DNA of 64,000 bases from Azolla caroliniana (Eukaryota > Plantae > Polypodiophyta): positions 12,338,001-12,402,000 of the forward strand of contig JBHGNT010000013.1 in assembly GCA_043228905.1 (NCBI GenBank), in the 5' to 3' direction. A program made the translations under genes and the position numbers. Under the pieces are notes generated by a model that was not told where the DNA came from, did not search any database, and saw nothing but the letters and a program-made list of their open reading frames with translations. Positions 24,858 to 37,735 of this stretch are shown here, piece by piece (within the stretch, counting starts at the first letter, position 1; every line of letters begins with the position of its first letter).

Positions 24858-26794
24858 TGATGACCTCTCCATGTTCTAAACCCCAAACCTTGAATCTCTT
24901 TCTTGTATACTACTACTAGAATCAAATGGTTCTTGTAAAATCAGTTTCTCACAACACCCTTTCGCTATTATAGGGGTGATATATACAGAGTTCTTCCATT
25001 CCATGTTGTGTTGATGTGCAAAAACAAAAGACAAAAAGGCCACCCAAAAGCAAGCTCTTCCAGCTTTCTTTAGGTCACAAGTTTATAGATTCCACCACCC
25101 ATCATTTGCCCCTTCTCAGGGCACCCTACTCAAATCTTTCAATGCTTTGTCCATTTCTTGTTCTTTGATTCATTCTACCATTGGGTGTTATGATCCCGTT
25201 AAAGATTTTCTTTGAGCCTCCTTTTCTTTACAACTTTTGAGTAAAGATTTTATTTGTACACTTTAAATTAGAAGAGGAAGTGAAAGAACCATCAAATCAA
25301 AAAATAATAGAAGTTTTTTTTGTCTTTGTATTTTAGTTTTAAAGGTTCCGACATTTATCGTGGCTTGAAAAATTATGGCAAAGTCCCGAGAATTTCCTTT
25401 GTATATAAAGGTCTTTGGGACTAATCCCAAGGTGGGTGAAAGAGGGAGGGTTTTCTTTGTATATGAGAACTTTTGGTACTTGTGAAAGACATTTCTAAGG
25501 TACACACGAATAATAGGATCGCGCAGACTATTATATTTCTAAATTGTTTTGTCTGTCAAATAATTCAAGGACATGCATCATTTAATGCTTGAAAAGTTCT
25601 CTCTCAAAGGTACGGTAGTGCACACCAATAGTACCTGTCATTATAGATGTGGATACTCTTGGTGGAGAACAAGGTAAAGCAATGCAAGAGACACACATGA
25701 CTCAACTCCCAAGAGAGAACAATGAGACTAGAAGATATATGAAAGGAACGGATACTTTGGAGATAATAACAATTTAGTTACTACAACATGATGACAAAGG
25801 TATGAATCATAGAGTGAGTTGAACAAGTTTCATGGACAATCAAATAAAAAAATAGGGAAACGGAATTGTTAGTTATTTTATTTTATTTTTTCACAAAAAA
25901 GAATAATGACACCAGATGTCATAGCTCATAATAAAATCACTAGTTTTGAGTAACATTGAACTCATACAAATGGTTATTGACTAACTTTATATGTAGCGTT
26001 TATTAATTTGATCACAAGATTATGGTATGGACTCTAAAACTAAAGATAAGATCATGTTGCCATCATAGATGTGCGTGTTAAGGAGTCTGATGAGATGAGG
26101 CCTATCTTATGAAGGAAATTTGCAAAGCTTGGAGTCTGGACCATCCATAATGCAAGTAGAGTTTTCAATGTACAAATTAACTCTCACTTGCCCATTTTCT
26201 ATCTTTCAATCACACTTCCATTTGCATACAATTTTTTTTAGGTTGTGGATTTGTTGGACATGAAGTTCAAATATAATAACCATTCCACATGGTGTTAATT
26301 GCTCAACGCTGCAAGCATTTGTTATGAGTGATGGAAGAACATAGAGTATCAACGTTTTTGAGAATGTTAATGAAGCAACATGTTGATAAGCCCCACCCCA
26401 CGTTAGCTCTTTGAGATTGTGGTTTTTGTACATGTAATCCAGTAAAGGAGAATCAAAATAAGGACATCTTTTGCTTTTTCACGAGCAACCCGACCACTTC
26501 ATTGGAATAACACCACGAGTTCTAATTGATCGTTCCACCATACTTCTCCTCCCCTTGGGGATATATATTGATTGGTCTCGCACCCATTAAAGTTTCCGAG
26601 GAGCTAGGAAGTTGAAGGTAGGTTCGTTCCTCTAGGAGCTAAGGTGAATCCATAAGCTTAACGACTTGACCAAGGCGTGTCTGTGTCTACCTTTCCGAGA
26701 GGGGTTGTGGCACTAGCGAAGCCGAAGTTTGATCTACATAAATCTCGGCTCGGAGAACAAAATCCAAAAAGCTTATAGGGATGGGTTTGGTTGT

Positions 26795-26825
<31 letters not shown>

Positions 26826-26953
26826 TTTTACTCATGGTGGGGTACCATGTCTCCCCATGGGCGATAGACAGAGAACACCCACCGAAGAGAAATGTATGTT
26901 GTTTGTTCCATTAAGGTTTCTCTGGAACGCCTTAAAAATCATCAGAATCAATT

Positions 26954-27679
26954 ATGAGGATCCTTGGATGGGTTATGGCCTTCAATGAGACAATCATGAA
27001 CTGGATTGGATTAGCTTGGATTTGGACGCCATGGCACCTCAGTCAATCTTGCAGAGAACAGCATATCTCTGGTTTCAACGTTCTTGGGATCCAAGTAAAA
27101 TTTATACTCTCCCTTCGCACCTTCCCTTCATCATGCTTTTGATATTTGTATGTGTGTTTCCAATTCCTTTCATTTGCTTGGCATCATGAATAAACACAAA
27201 TGATTGTTTGCATCATGACATAATTCCTTTCGTTTCAATCCTTCTAGGAATGAATATGAATCCAATTAAAAATGAGTTAAAAATAGAAAATCTCTTTTGT
27301 AAACTTAAGTTGTATTTTATATTTGGATTCAAGTAAATGCAAAACAGACCTAATGTGAATAAGTCTACTTGTTGAAGCTTAAGGTGTATTTGGATTGGAC
27401 GATCCAAAGTTAATGCCAAAAGAAAAGCTGTGCTAGGCCAAGTGCTCATTTAGGCCATGTGATACCACATGACATGATCCCATTAGGGTAGCCAGAAAGA
27501 AGGATTGTGGATTTTTTCTACCTCTGAATGCAGAAAAAAAACCTTCCTAGGTGTGGAAAAAGATGATGGTCTCATTTTTTGTTTTGTTTTGACATTTAAG
27601 TGTCCTTGGATGGGCAGAAACATGACAGAGGAGACCCAATGTGTCATGTTTTAATTGGTTTGCTATGTAGAGAGAGGAG

Positions 27680-27759
<80 letters not shown>

Positions 27760-30700
27760 TTTATAATCATCATTGGAGTGTAGTGACAAAATATAACATT
27801 TTCACGTAATACATGTGAAAGTGTGTATCGACTCTCAATTTTGAACCTTAGCAATGATTGTTGCAATTGAGTAGGAGTAAGGGGGCTAAAGAAAGTTATC
27901 ATTGGTCTTAGTTGATGAACTTGTTTGGTTGTATTCTTGTCCTCCAACAACTTCTCCCTATATTTCATGAATTAAAGAGACAATGGTATCTCCTTTCATA
28001 GTGGTCCAAAGCCTTGGTTAAAGAGACAATTGTATCTCCCTCTTATTTCATGAGAGATAGATAGATAGATTTTATTATCATCTAAAAGCTCAAATATAAC
28101 CTATGTAACCAAAAATATAACATTTTCACATAGTACATGTAAAAGTGAGTAGCGACTCTTGATGTTCAAGAACTATATTAATAACTGTTGCAATCGAGAG
28201 TGCACAGTATGATTGTGAGAGAAATTCGTGCAAGGATTGGGTTTGGTTGAAGATGTGTGCAAAACATAGTCGCTTATGATCAAAGATAGTGTGATACTCA
28301 GACTCTTGAACTTGCTTAGAGTAAAGTGTGCATAGTCAATTAATCTCATCAGTTGTGCCCCAATAACTTGTCTCACGTTGTAGTGAGTGGGAGCTAAGTC
28401 ACATGGAAGCAATGGTTTAGATAATAAGCAATCTGATGGGTTCTATCCTGTATTGATGTGTGCAGTTTGCCCGTTTGGCGAAGAACATGGTTTTGTAGTT
28501 AAGCAACATATGTAGTATAATGTGTGAACCTCTATGTTTTCCCCATGTTATGATACATTGGCGTTACAAAAAGGCCTTATTCACAGAGGAATCTATTAAT
28601 GTATCATGAAGCAAGTGTGTTGCATCCCTTCATCCAAACCATTTTTCCATATTATGCATACAATTGGAACACTTTTTTTTATGTGTCTTTTGGTTTTGCT
28701 TACTTCCCATGAGAGTCTTGGAAACCTTAGGCATGTATTTCGCAACCCTTTCCGTTAACAATATCTCAAAGGAGAGAGAGAGAGAGAGGAATGCGTATAG
28801 GAAGTGATCCAGACAATATGTGGAAAGCAAACTCAAATGTGGTAAAATGCAGCCTTGTATCAAAGTGTCACACCTCGATGTGCACAATTGATCACGAAAC
28901 ATTGTCAATGAGTCACTTATGCGCCAATGCCATGTCTCACATTGAAGAGAATGTGAGCTAAGTCATTGTGAAACAATGGTACAAATGGTGGACAAAGGGA
29001 TGAGCTCTAGCATGATTGAAGACTGAGGTTTCCATTTTGAGAAGAAGATGGTTTTGTTGTTTGGTGCATCAAGCATAATATAATGTGTGAGATGTGAACC
29101 TCCACATCTTTCTCAAGCTATGATACATTGAAATTGGAAAACATCATTCATTGAAGAATCTATTAATACATCATGAAGCAAATGGGATGCATCCCATTTT
29201 GCAAACCATTTGTTCATATCTTGCACCATTTTGGGACTTAAACTTTTCATTTTCCTCTTCGGAATCTTTTTACTTGCTTCCCATGTGATCCTAGGAGGTT
29301 GATTTGAGGATTTTTTTTGAGCCTTAAGAATGTACTTAATAACCCGTTCTATGGCAATGATCTCAAGAAGTAGAAGCATGTATGGAATTTGGGGCTTGGC
29401 TTGAAGAACCTTCATAAGGAAGTGCCTTTGAACAATTTCAAACTCTTTTCAAGTAGCACTCTACACTTCAACCCATTAGAGAAGGACTACTGGTGTCAAA
29501 GAGCATCATGGCATTCCTTATCAAACCACCTTGGCTACAGTTATTGGTACAATTGCAAAGCGTGCATGCTTAACCAAAAAACATTTCCTTATGCTTGAGA
29601 AAATGACTTTCATGAAAGCTTTCCGTTTGCATTCTAATGCCACACCATTTTGAAATATTCTCTTTTGTTGAAGTCTATGCACAAATACAATTGTCTTGTA
29701 ACTTCATATACTTGAATCCTATGATCTGATACAGTCTAGTCCAAGAAAAAATCTATGAATGTGATCCAAGATACCTTCTAAGAATAACATATGGCCAATC
29801 ATTACGCCATTTCCATTATGTTTTCTACAGGATATTTTTCATGGATGAAAGGATTTTGTATTTGTCCTCTTGCATTCTTGAGATATGTGCCATGAAAGAT
29901 TAATCTGCATCATGTTGCAAAATTCTTGTGTGAGGATTCATGTCACCAAAGCCAATAACCGCTCCCTTGTCTTTGAAGTAAGCAATGTCATCTTCGAGAT
30001 TGACAAAAGGTTGATCTCTATCTAAAGAAGCATAGAAATGAAAATAGTGAGGGATTCAACTAAAAAAGTTTATTTGGTCTAATTATTTTAAGCCATATGT
30101 GGCACTTATGCTCATCATCTTTAGCAATGGAGACAAAATCATTTTATCCCCTCTTAATCAAACATGCCACCTCGCTTTTCCTCTTTGTTTTCTTGGATTT
30201 TTTGCCCATATCAATGAGCATACGTTATATTTGTGTAAATCTTGAATCCTTTGAATATCACGCTTCCAAGTTTCAAGAAGAAGTAAAATATCTGACTCAT
30301 TGGTTAGCTCATCTATGATACTGCCCACATTCCATGGGTATCCATTGCAACACCAAAAATGCATTTGTTTTAGGAACTTCTCTTGTGTATCTTTCTGTTT
30401 TATAATATAAACTTACCTTTTTGTTTCTTTTCATATGATTTGCAACAAGCATTTTATCTAAGAGGGTATGATCTTTACATTGAAAGCATTGTCTACCTTT
30501 GAGGTAGATCCAAGTATTTTCAAAGAATGATCCTTCTCTTTGTTTTGCAAACCATTGTGCATACAATAGGTCTTTCTCTTGAGGGAGAGGCGCCTTGTTT
30601 CCCAACTCTATGTGGCCCATAAACATTCACTCTTGACATGCCATAGTCTGCATTAAAAACTCTCCAATGGCATTTCCAAGCGATATAATTGTTTCCATAT

Positions 30701-31790
30701 TCTCTTTTAAGACCTCATGAGTAACAACATTCTTGGATTGTTGCTCTCCTTTCAATTTTTGGGATTCTTTTCTTGTGCCATAACATGCATAATAGGGGGA
30801 TCAAAAACAACATTATTACCATTGCATATATCAGTCCATGACTTCATTGTGCATATATTCTTCATTTCACTCACATACGCTTCATGGTGTCCATTTTTTT
30901 GTCTTTAAATATCATACTCACATTCAATCTTGATTAAGCTTTCATTTACCTCCACATGAACTTACATTGCTTAACTTTATCCTTAAGTTGTGTAGGTTGC
31001 ATTTCAAACTATTTTTTGACATTCTCGTTCTCAACAACAAGAACCTTTAATTTCCATTCTCCATCATGAGCGACTACAATGCTTTACCTTGCTTGTTAGT
31101 ATCTAGGAATAAAATCAATGATTCATAATCATGGCTTCTATTGTTGGTGGTGGTGTTGCATTGAGATCAAGAATCTTATCGGAATTTATCACCCCCTTAT
31201 CAGCCATGTCAAAACCAAACTCTATAAGAAGTGCAGTTAGGAAAATTTGTATACTTTTCTTGTCCGAAATTTCCTCTTTTCTTATTATGCCATAGAGCTT
31301 GTAGGGAGATTTGATTCAAGCTATAGATTCTATTAATCTGAGTTTGTATGATGATTTATGGTTGAAATAGTGAGACAATAGAAAGATAGATAGATTTTTA
31401 TTGACTTCGGAGTTAGAATATGACTTATGATGAAAAATACAGCATTTCATGTAATACATGTGAAAGTGAGTAGCAACTTCTGATGTTCAAGATCTTTACT
31501 AATGCATGTCGCTATTGAGAGTGCACACTGTGATTGTGAGAAATTTTTGCAACATTGGGTTTGGTTGAAAATATATGGAAAGGATAGTTGAATGTGATCA
31601 AACGTAGAGCATCGTATCAATGATACTCAGACTCCCAAACGTTTTTAGGGAAAAACATGCACAATCGACAACTCTCATCACTTGCGCCCCAACATCCAAT
31701 CTCACATTGTAGTGAGTGTGATCTAGTGATATGAAAGCAATGGTTTGGATGGCAGACAACGGGATGGGCACTAGCATTAGTTGATGTTTG

Positions 31791-31836
<46 letters not shown>

Positions 31837-33634
31837 TTAACGTCTTCTAAGGCCAAAATTGGCCCATGAGACAATTGGTTTACAACAAAATGAGTATTTA
31901 TCTAGTCATCATAACTAAAATAAAATAAAGTAAAAATAGAACTTAAGCTAAAAGAGTTCTAGTAGTGTACAAAATGTGGTATACTCGATAAAGGAAGTGA
32001 CTTTACACTAAGCCTAATTTTTTTTCCACCCAAGCCTCTTGAAAAGAAGTGAGAGGTCGAAGGGTTTTGGTATGTAGAGAGTGCCCTAGCCATGGCTTCT
32101 AGGTGGTGTAGCTCACGTTCCCTTATTTTCACTATTGCTTCTACACCCCGCCGAGTTGCTTTGAAACCTGGCACCCGAGGACGTCTGGTTCTTCTTTGGT
32201 TTTCTGCCTCATCAAGGGAAAGGCCGAGTGGTGCAGGTGTGTCGACATTCGTTGTCTCCCCCTGTTCCCGAAAAACTTCATTTGTTACATGTTGGTGAAC
32301 ATTAGCAACATTATTGTCAACATTTTGTAACGTATTCTCTCTGTGTTGTTTTAGCTCTAGAATGTATTTGCCTAATTTCTTTATATCTAGAGTATCTAAT
32401 AGTTTGGGGAGGGTTGGAGAGGAACCAAGTATATCTTGGTATTTTGCCCTTATCTCGGCGTAGGTTGGACACTTGCATGTAAAGTGATACTCATCCTTTA
32501 TCTCTATGTGGCATAACCTACATATCCTTTCCTCCCTCTGGACTCCATTAGTATGACCATTCTCAATCTCAAGTTGGTGAGATGATATTCTAAGTTGTCC
32601 AATGGCAACACGTAGTGCATGTGGTAAGAATACATCTAGATATTTTGGCCGTGTGATAAAACCTAACTTAGAGAGGTGCATGAAGTGTTCCTTATAGTAC
32701 AACATTTTAGATGGGAGTGGTTCTAATGGGGTGATCCATTTATACGGAGTGTAAATTTGCCATATTTCTTGGCGTATTACTTTATTGTGGTCCTCATGAG
32801 AGATTAAAATATTATCAATCGTGTGGTTGTACCTAAGGGGAGGTAGGTTATTAATGTCTAGACCATTCGCAAGAAGCCAACTCACCATCATGCCATACCA
32901 TGAGTTAGTATAGCCGGACTCATACAGTGATCGAGAGTCCTTAAAGGCTTGATGAGATATTCTATCATGTGGTTGGCTATGTATCTTGTGAATAAAGACT
33001 ACAAGTTGTAAAAGTGCCTCTACTAACATTGGGGGTAATGTGAAGTCAGCCCTAATAATGTCATGTGGTACTGTCGATTTGTTTCGGAGTTGGCGTGATA
33101 ACATCATCACCAATAGTCTCTCTAATTGCGTCTACATGAAAGATGGTAATCCTGGAGCCCAAACCGTTGATGCATACATGAGGGAGGGGGTCACTAATGA
33201 GTCAAATAGCCACCCTTTAGTCCGTGGTCATTAATGAGAGAGAGAGAGAGAGAGAGAGAGATTATATTATATTATCGTCTTCGGAGGTCAAATATGACCT
33301 ATGAGACCAAAAATATTACATTTCACATGATACGTGTGAAAGTGAGTAATGACTCTCGATGTTCAAGAACTTTACCAATGAATGTTGCAATCGAGAGTGC
33401 ACATTGTGGTTGTGAGAGAAATTCGTGCAAGGATTGGGCTTGGTCGAAGATGTGTGAAAAGCATGGTTGAATATGATCAAAGGAAGAGCATTGTATCAAA
33501 GTGTGATACCTAGACTCTCGAACTTGTTTAGGGCTAAGTGTGCATAGCCGACCATTCTCATCACTTGGGCCCCAACACCCTGTCTCACATCGCAATGCAT
33601 GTGAGCTAAGTCGCATGGAAGCAATGGTTTGAAT

Positions 33635-33673
<39 letters not shown>

Positions 33674-36100
33674 CCAATAGAGGCCAAAATTAGTCTATGA
33701 GTCAAATCGTGCCATATTAAAACAAAAATAAATCCTCTACATTTCCTACAGCTCCATGATCATTATCTTAATGCATCTGTTGGAATGATTTTTGAGATGG
33801 TTTACAAGCATGAAGTGCATAGCTAATATGTATGAGAGTGAGGAGAGATATAGCTGAAAAAAACTGAACAACGAAGAGAGAGATGAGCAAGAGTACACAA
33901 TTTGCTACCAGCATTGTAATCAATCATTGCTCTTTGTAATCACGTGAAGATAAAATTTGAGAATTATTTTGTACTATGGTTATTTTCAGGCATCGCGATT
34001 GGCTGAAGAATTGAAGTTTAACATACTTAATAACATTAAAAAGTATGGAGAAACATATTATGTTAGATTTGGGAAGTTTGTAAGATTGATAGTGTTCGAT
34101 CCACTCATGGTCCAACAAATTATTGCTCAAAATGCAGATTGCTATGAGAAACCATCTTTTATTACTGCATTGGATATTCTTGGAGATGGTATTTTCAGTG
34201 TAAGTGGCAAAGATTGGATGCCTCAGCGTCAGATATTGGCAAAGTGTTTCATCATGAAAGAGCTCAAGGTTCGAAGGCCACATTCAATTATACGCACAAT
34301 TATTTTTTCATCCGAAATTCTAAATGTAGATTAGATCATCACAAAATGGATATTGTGTTTTATTGACAGGAATACTTTGGTGATATAAAAAAATGTTCAG
34401 AATCTGAGGTCAGGAGTTGGATTGTGCTAGGAACAGAAACAGTTGATATCCACAAAAGGTTTCTAAGTTTGACAGTGAAATTGATTGGCCATATTCTGTT
34501 TGATGAACACATTGAAACCGGTCTTGCGTGCTTCATTTATGAAGGATTTGATCGGTATCTTCACAACTGCAGGGATGTTCTTTGTGGTCGTATATTCAAC
34601 TTCTTTGGATTTAGGTATGGATTAGAAGACACGTATTTTAGTTTGAGCATCTCATGATCATCATTGAAACAAACATTCAGCAGCAAATAGTTGGTATACA
34701 ATTTAGATGGTGGGCAACAATTATTATCTATGCGTTTACAAGAATCTTTGAAGGCTTTTCAAAAATTTCAGTTTTTCTTCTATATTCAGTATCCATTTTG
34801 GAAAAAACCTTTTATGACCATCTTGACTTGCTCAGTTTTTTATCTTGAGAAGTGAATTCTATATGAACTTCTAATACATATGGACTAGTATGCTAGAGAG
34901 TTTGTGAAAAATGAGTTGTACAGTGGGGATGACAGAAGCATTTTTTTATTAGTCTTTCAATGCATCCATGTAGCCTTCAGCTACTGATGTTCTGCATGCT
35001 CAAGGATTGTCATACTGATGTAACTTGGTTTAGTTTCTTTAAAGATTCTTTGGCTCAATGATGATGCATATTCCTATTTAAGATCAGAATTCCATCTACA
35101 AACTTGGTTTTTATGTTCTATCTGTCCATCCTTGTGTCTATATGTTGTAGCTGAACATATTTAAATGAGCTGTCCAAATCGCATTATGCTATCCTTGCGT
35201 TTATATGTTGTAGCTGACCATGTTTAAATGAGCTGCCCAAATCACATTATGCTAATTGGATGCAATCTGTTGTATACATGCTTGGTTTGTGTGTGACAAA
35301 CTACATATTTTATGCACAGGTGGAAGAGCAGGGAAATGCTAAAGGATGAAGTCAGGATCATAGAACTAGTTGAGCAAATGATAACAAGAAGAAAGGAGCA
35401 GATGTCATTGAACGCAGAAGTGGAATCTGTGAGGCAAGAGAAAGTTATTGACACGATGATTAATGCAGCAAAGGGCAGGAAGGATTTCAGCGAGAAACAA
35501 GTGATAGACAATAGTGTAACACTCCTTTTGGCAGGGCATGAAACGACTGCAAACCTTCTTACATGGACAGTGTATTTGCTCGCCATTCATCCAGAGTGGC
35601 AGAAGCAAGCACATGCCGAGGTCGAAGGATTCAGTAACCTGGATTTCAAGGAAGTAAGCCAACTCAAGACAATCAGTATGATTCTTTGGGAATCTTTACG
35701 ACTTTTCCCGCCACAGCCCATCATTGGCCGTATTTGTGTGCGTGAAAACGTCGTTGGTGGTCTTGTGATTCCGGAGAAGATGGAGATTGTTGCTTCTCTT
35801 TTTGCTCTTCATTGCAACAGAGATATATGGGGAGACAATGCTGATGAGTTCCAACCAAAGAGATTTGCAAATGGCATCAATAAGGCATGCAAAAATCCCT
35901 TGGCATTCCTGCCCTTTGGCTCGGGCCCAAGAACATGTATTGGGCAGTCTCTGGCATTGTTGGAAGCACGAGTCATCTTATATTTTATGCTCAAGACATA
36001 CTCATGGGAACTTAGCCCTTCTTATCAGCATTCTCCTGATATTACCTTGACATTACAACCTCGTTTCGGGATGCCCATTATTCTTACAAGAAGGAACTAA
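26954..36100 (+). CDS. Cytochrome P450, CYP72 clan; exons 26954-27094, 33990-34268, 34370-34614, 35320-36100 (about 481 aa)
   Basis: AGHETT (I-helix), ESLR, PKRF and FGSGPRTCIG (heme) motifs. All three GT-AG junctions are phase-compatible (0, 0, 2). Exon 1 WIWTPWHLSQSCREQHISG matches the clan W-x-x-P-x9-Q-G-I-x-G spacing and is less certain than exons 2-4. Confidence 0.85.
27669..33700 (-). mobile_element. Tandem stack of truncated or decayed RTE/RTEX-like LINEs separated by (GA)n/(GATA)n, inside P450 intron 1
   Basis: 3' fragments at about 27757-27900, 28070-28770, 31395-31790 and 33261-33640; a decayed, internally deleted ORF1+ORF2 copy at about 28790-31130; and a family-2 fragment at 31834-33234. 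All are on the minus strand and homologous to 5573-10170. Confidence 0.88.
31959..33113 (-). pseudogene. 5'-truncated ORF2 C-terminus of a second LINE family
   Basis: LRISSHQLEIENG...RICRLCHIEIKDEYHFTCKC zinc finger, bounded by (GA)n on both sides. Confidence 0.85.
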
Positions 36101-37484
36101 GCATGTAAGACAATAGTTTTGTAAATGCAATCTAGAAAAATATGTAAAGCTTAAATTAATGTTTGTTGTATGCCCATGATTCTATTTCAGGAAATGTAAG
36201 ACAATAGTTTTGTAAATGCAATCTAGAAAAATATGTAAAGCTTAATTAATGTTTGTTGTAAGATGATGTTAGAAGAATGACAATTGAGAAAATTGAGGTT
36301 TTTGTGCGGTGTAAGTGATTTTAGACCTAATTTTTTGTGCTTTCATAAAATGTTAACGCATTTTAGTAAGATCCTGCACATGGTAGAGAGAATTTACGAA
36401 GGCGCTGGCGAAAACTTAGATGATGTTCTTCTATGAGGGTTTATAGTGGTCTTAAAGCTATCTAATGTCTGTATTTCGATTTATCCAAACGATGACTACA
36501 AACCTCTTCTCCCTCATGATGCCCATGACAACACTTATAATCTGTACTTGTACATAATGTAAAATTGGATATGTGAGCGATTGGAATTTTAGATGTCACC
36601 GTTACACGAGAGCACGAGTTCTACAAAATGCATAGGAACTAATGAAGATGCATGTCTATATTAATAAAAGAAATTTGAACAAAAAAATCTCACATCTAAA
36701 AGATGTTCCAAGAAGATTTGATTTATGAGAAATAGAGGCACAATGACCTCCATGGAGGATGTGATAAGAGATGGTGTGTAGGAGGAAATATGATGTACTT
36801 TTATATAGAAATCTTGGAAAATCAAATGCCATTCGGACGAAAAGAAGAGATAATTAGAATCAAGACTATACCACACCATTCAGATCAACTACATATGTCA
36901 TATGGTATTGACCTAGCGTGTTTAGAATGCTACACATTGTTCAATTGTCAGTGTCCAAAATTTAGACTCGACCTTGTCAAATATCTATCTTTTACCTTGC
37001 TTGACTTTATGTTCCTCTACTTTGTGCTTTCATGAATTGTTTTATAATATGCTTGTATGAATTTTACACCTGAAATTGTTGATCCCAACACGTCAAAATG
37101 GTTTGTGTGTGCGTGTGCGCATGTGTGTACATGATATATTACTTTGTAACAACTTACATGATACGCATGGGCCAAAACAATAGTATTAGAAATATTATAG
37201 GATTATTGACACATCAATCACATCTTCGTAGAGCTAATCGTCTAGAATTCTCAATTCAAATTATTGCAAATGGTTGGGACCTAATCTTAATTACTCTATC
37301 AATATGGGCATGTCAAAACAAAGACAACTTGCAAAGAATCTTTTGAATGATTTCAATGTACCCATTGTAAATAGGGTCAAATAAACATGTACTTCTAAGA
37401 TAAGAAGATGTATGATTTTTGTCAAAGACTTAATAGAAGTTTATCATGATGGACTTTTCTACAAAGTGGAGTGAGTAGAGGATA

Positions 37485-37735
37485 TATGAGAAGGGGATAC
37501 ATTACTTCACATTGTCTTATATGTGTGGTAGGTCATTTGGGCCCCACTAAGGAGAATGGCATATGCTACCTCACATTCTCTTTGATGTGCAATTTGGGCC
37601 CCATTGAGGAGAAGGGGATATGTTACCTCATATTCTCTTTGATGTTCCTTGCATTTATGAGAAGGGAATATGTTATCTCTCACATTCTCTTTGATAGGCA
37701 ATATGTCATTTAGGCCCCACTAAGGAGACTCATTT
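37485..37735. repeat. Degenerate tandem repeat of about 50-60 bp, about four units
   Basis: Recurring GAGAAGGGGATATGTTACCTCACATTCTCTTTGAT and TTTGGGCCCCA. Confidence 0.7.

Noticed and set aside
33957-36100. P450 as an N-terminally truncated pseudogene
   Set aside because: A phase-compatible first exon exists at 26954-27094 and the spliced frame has no stops.
36101-36260. Direct duplication of about 70 bp after the P450 stop (similar ones at about 35125-35255, 43160-43450 and 52283-52373)
   Set aside because: Ordinary local tandem duplications with no sign of function.
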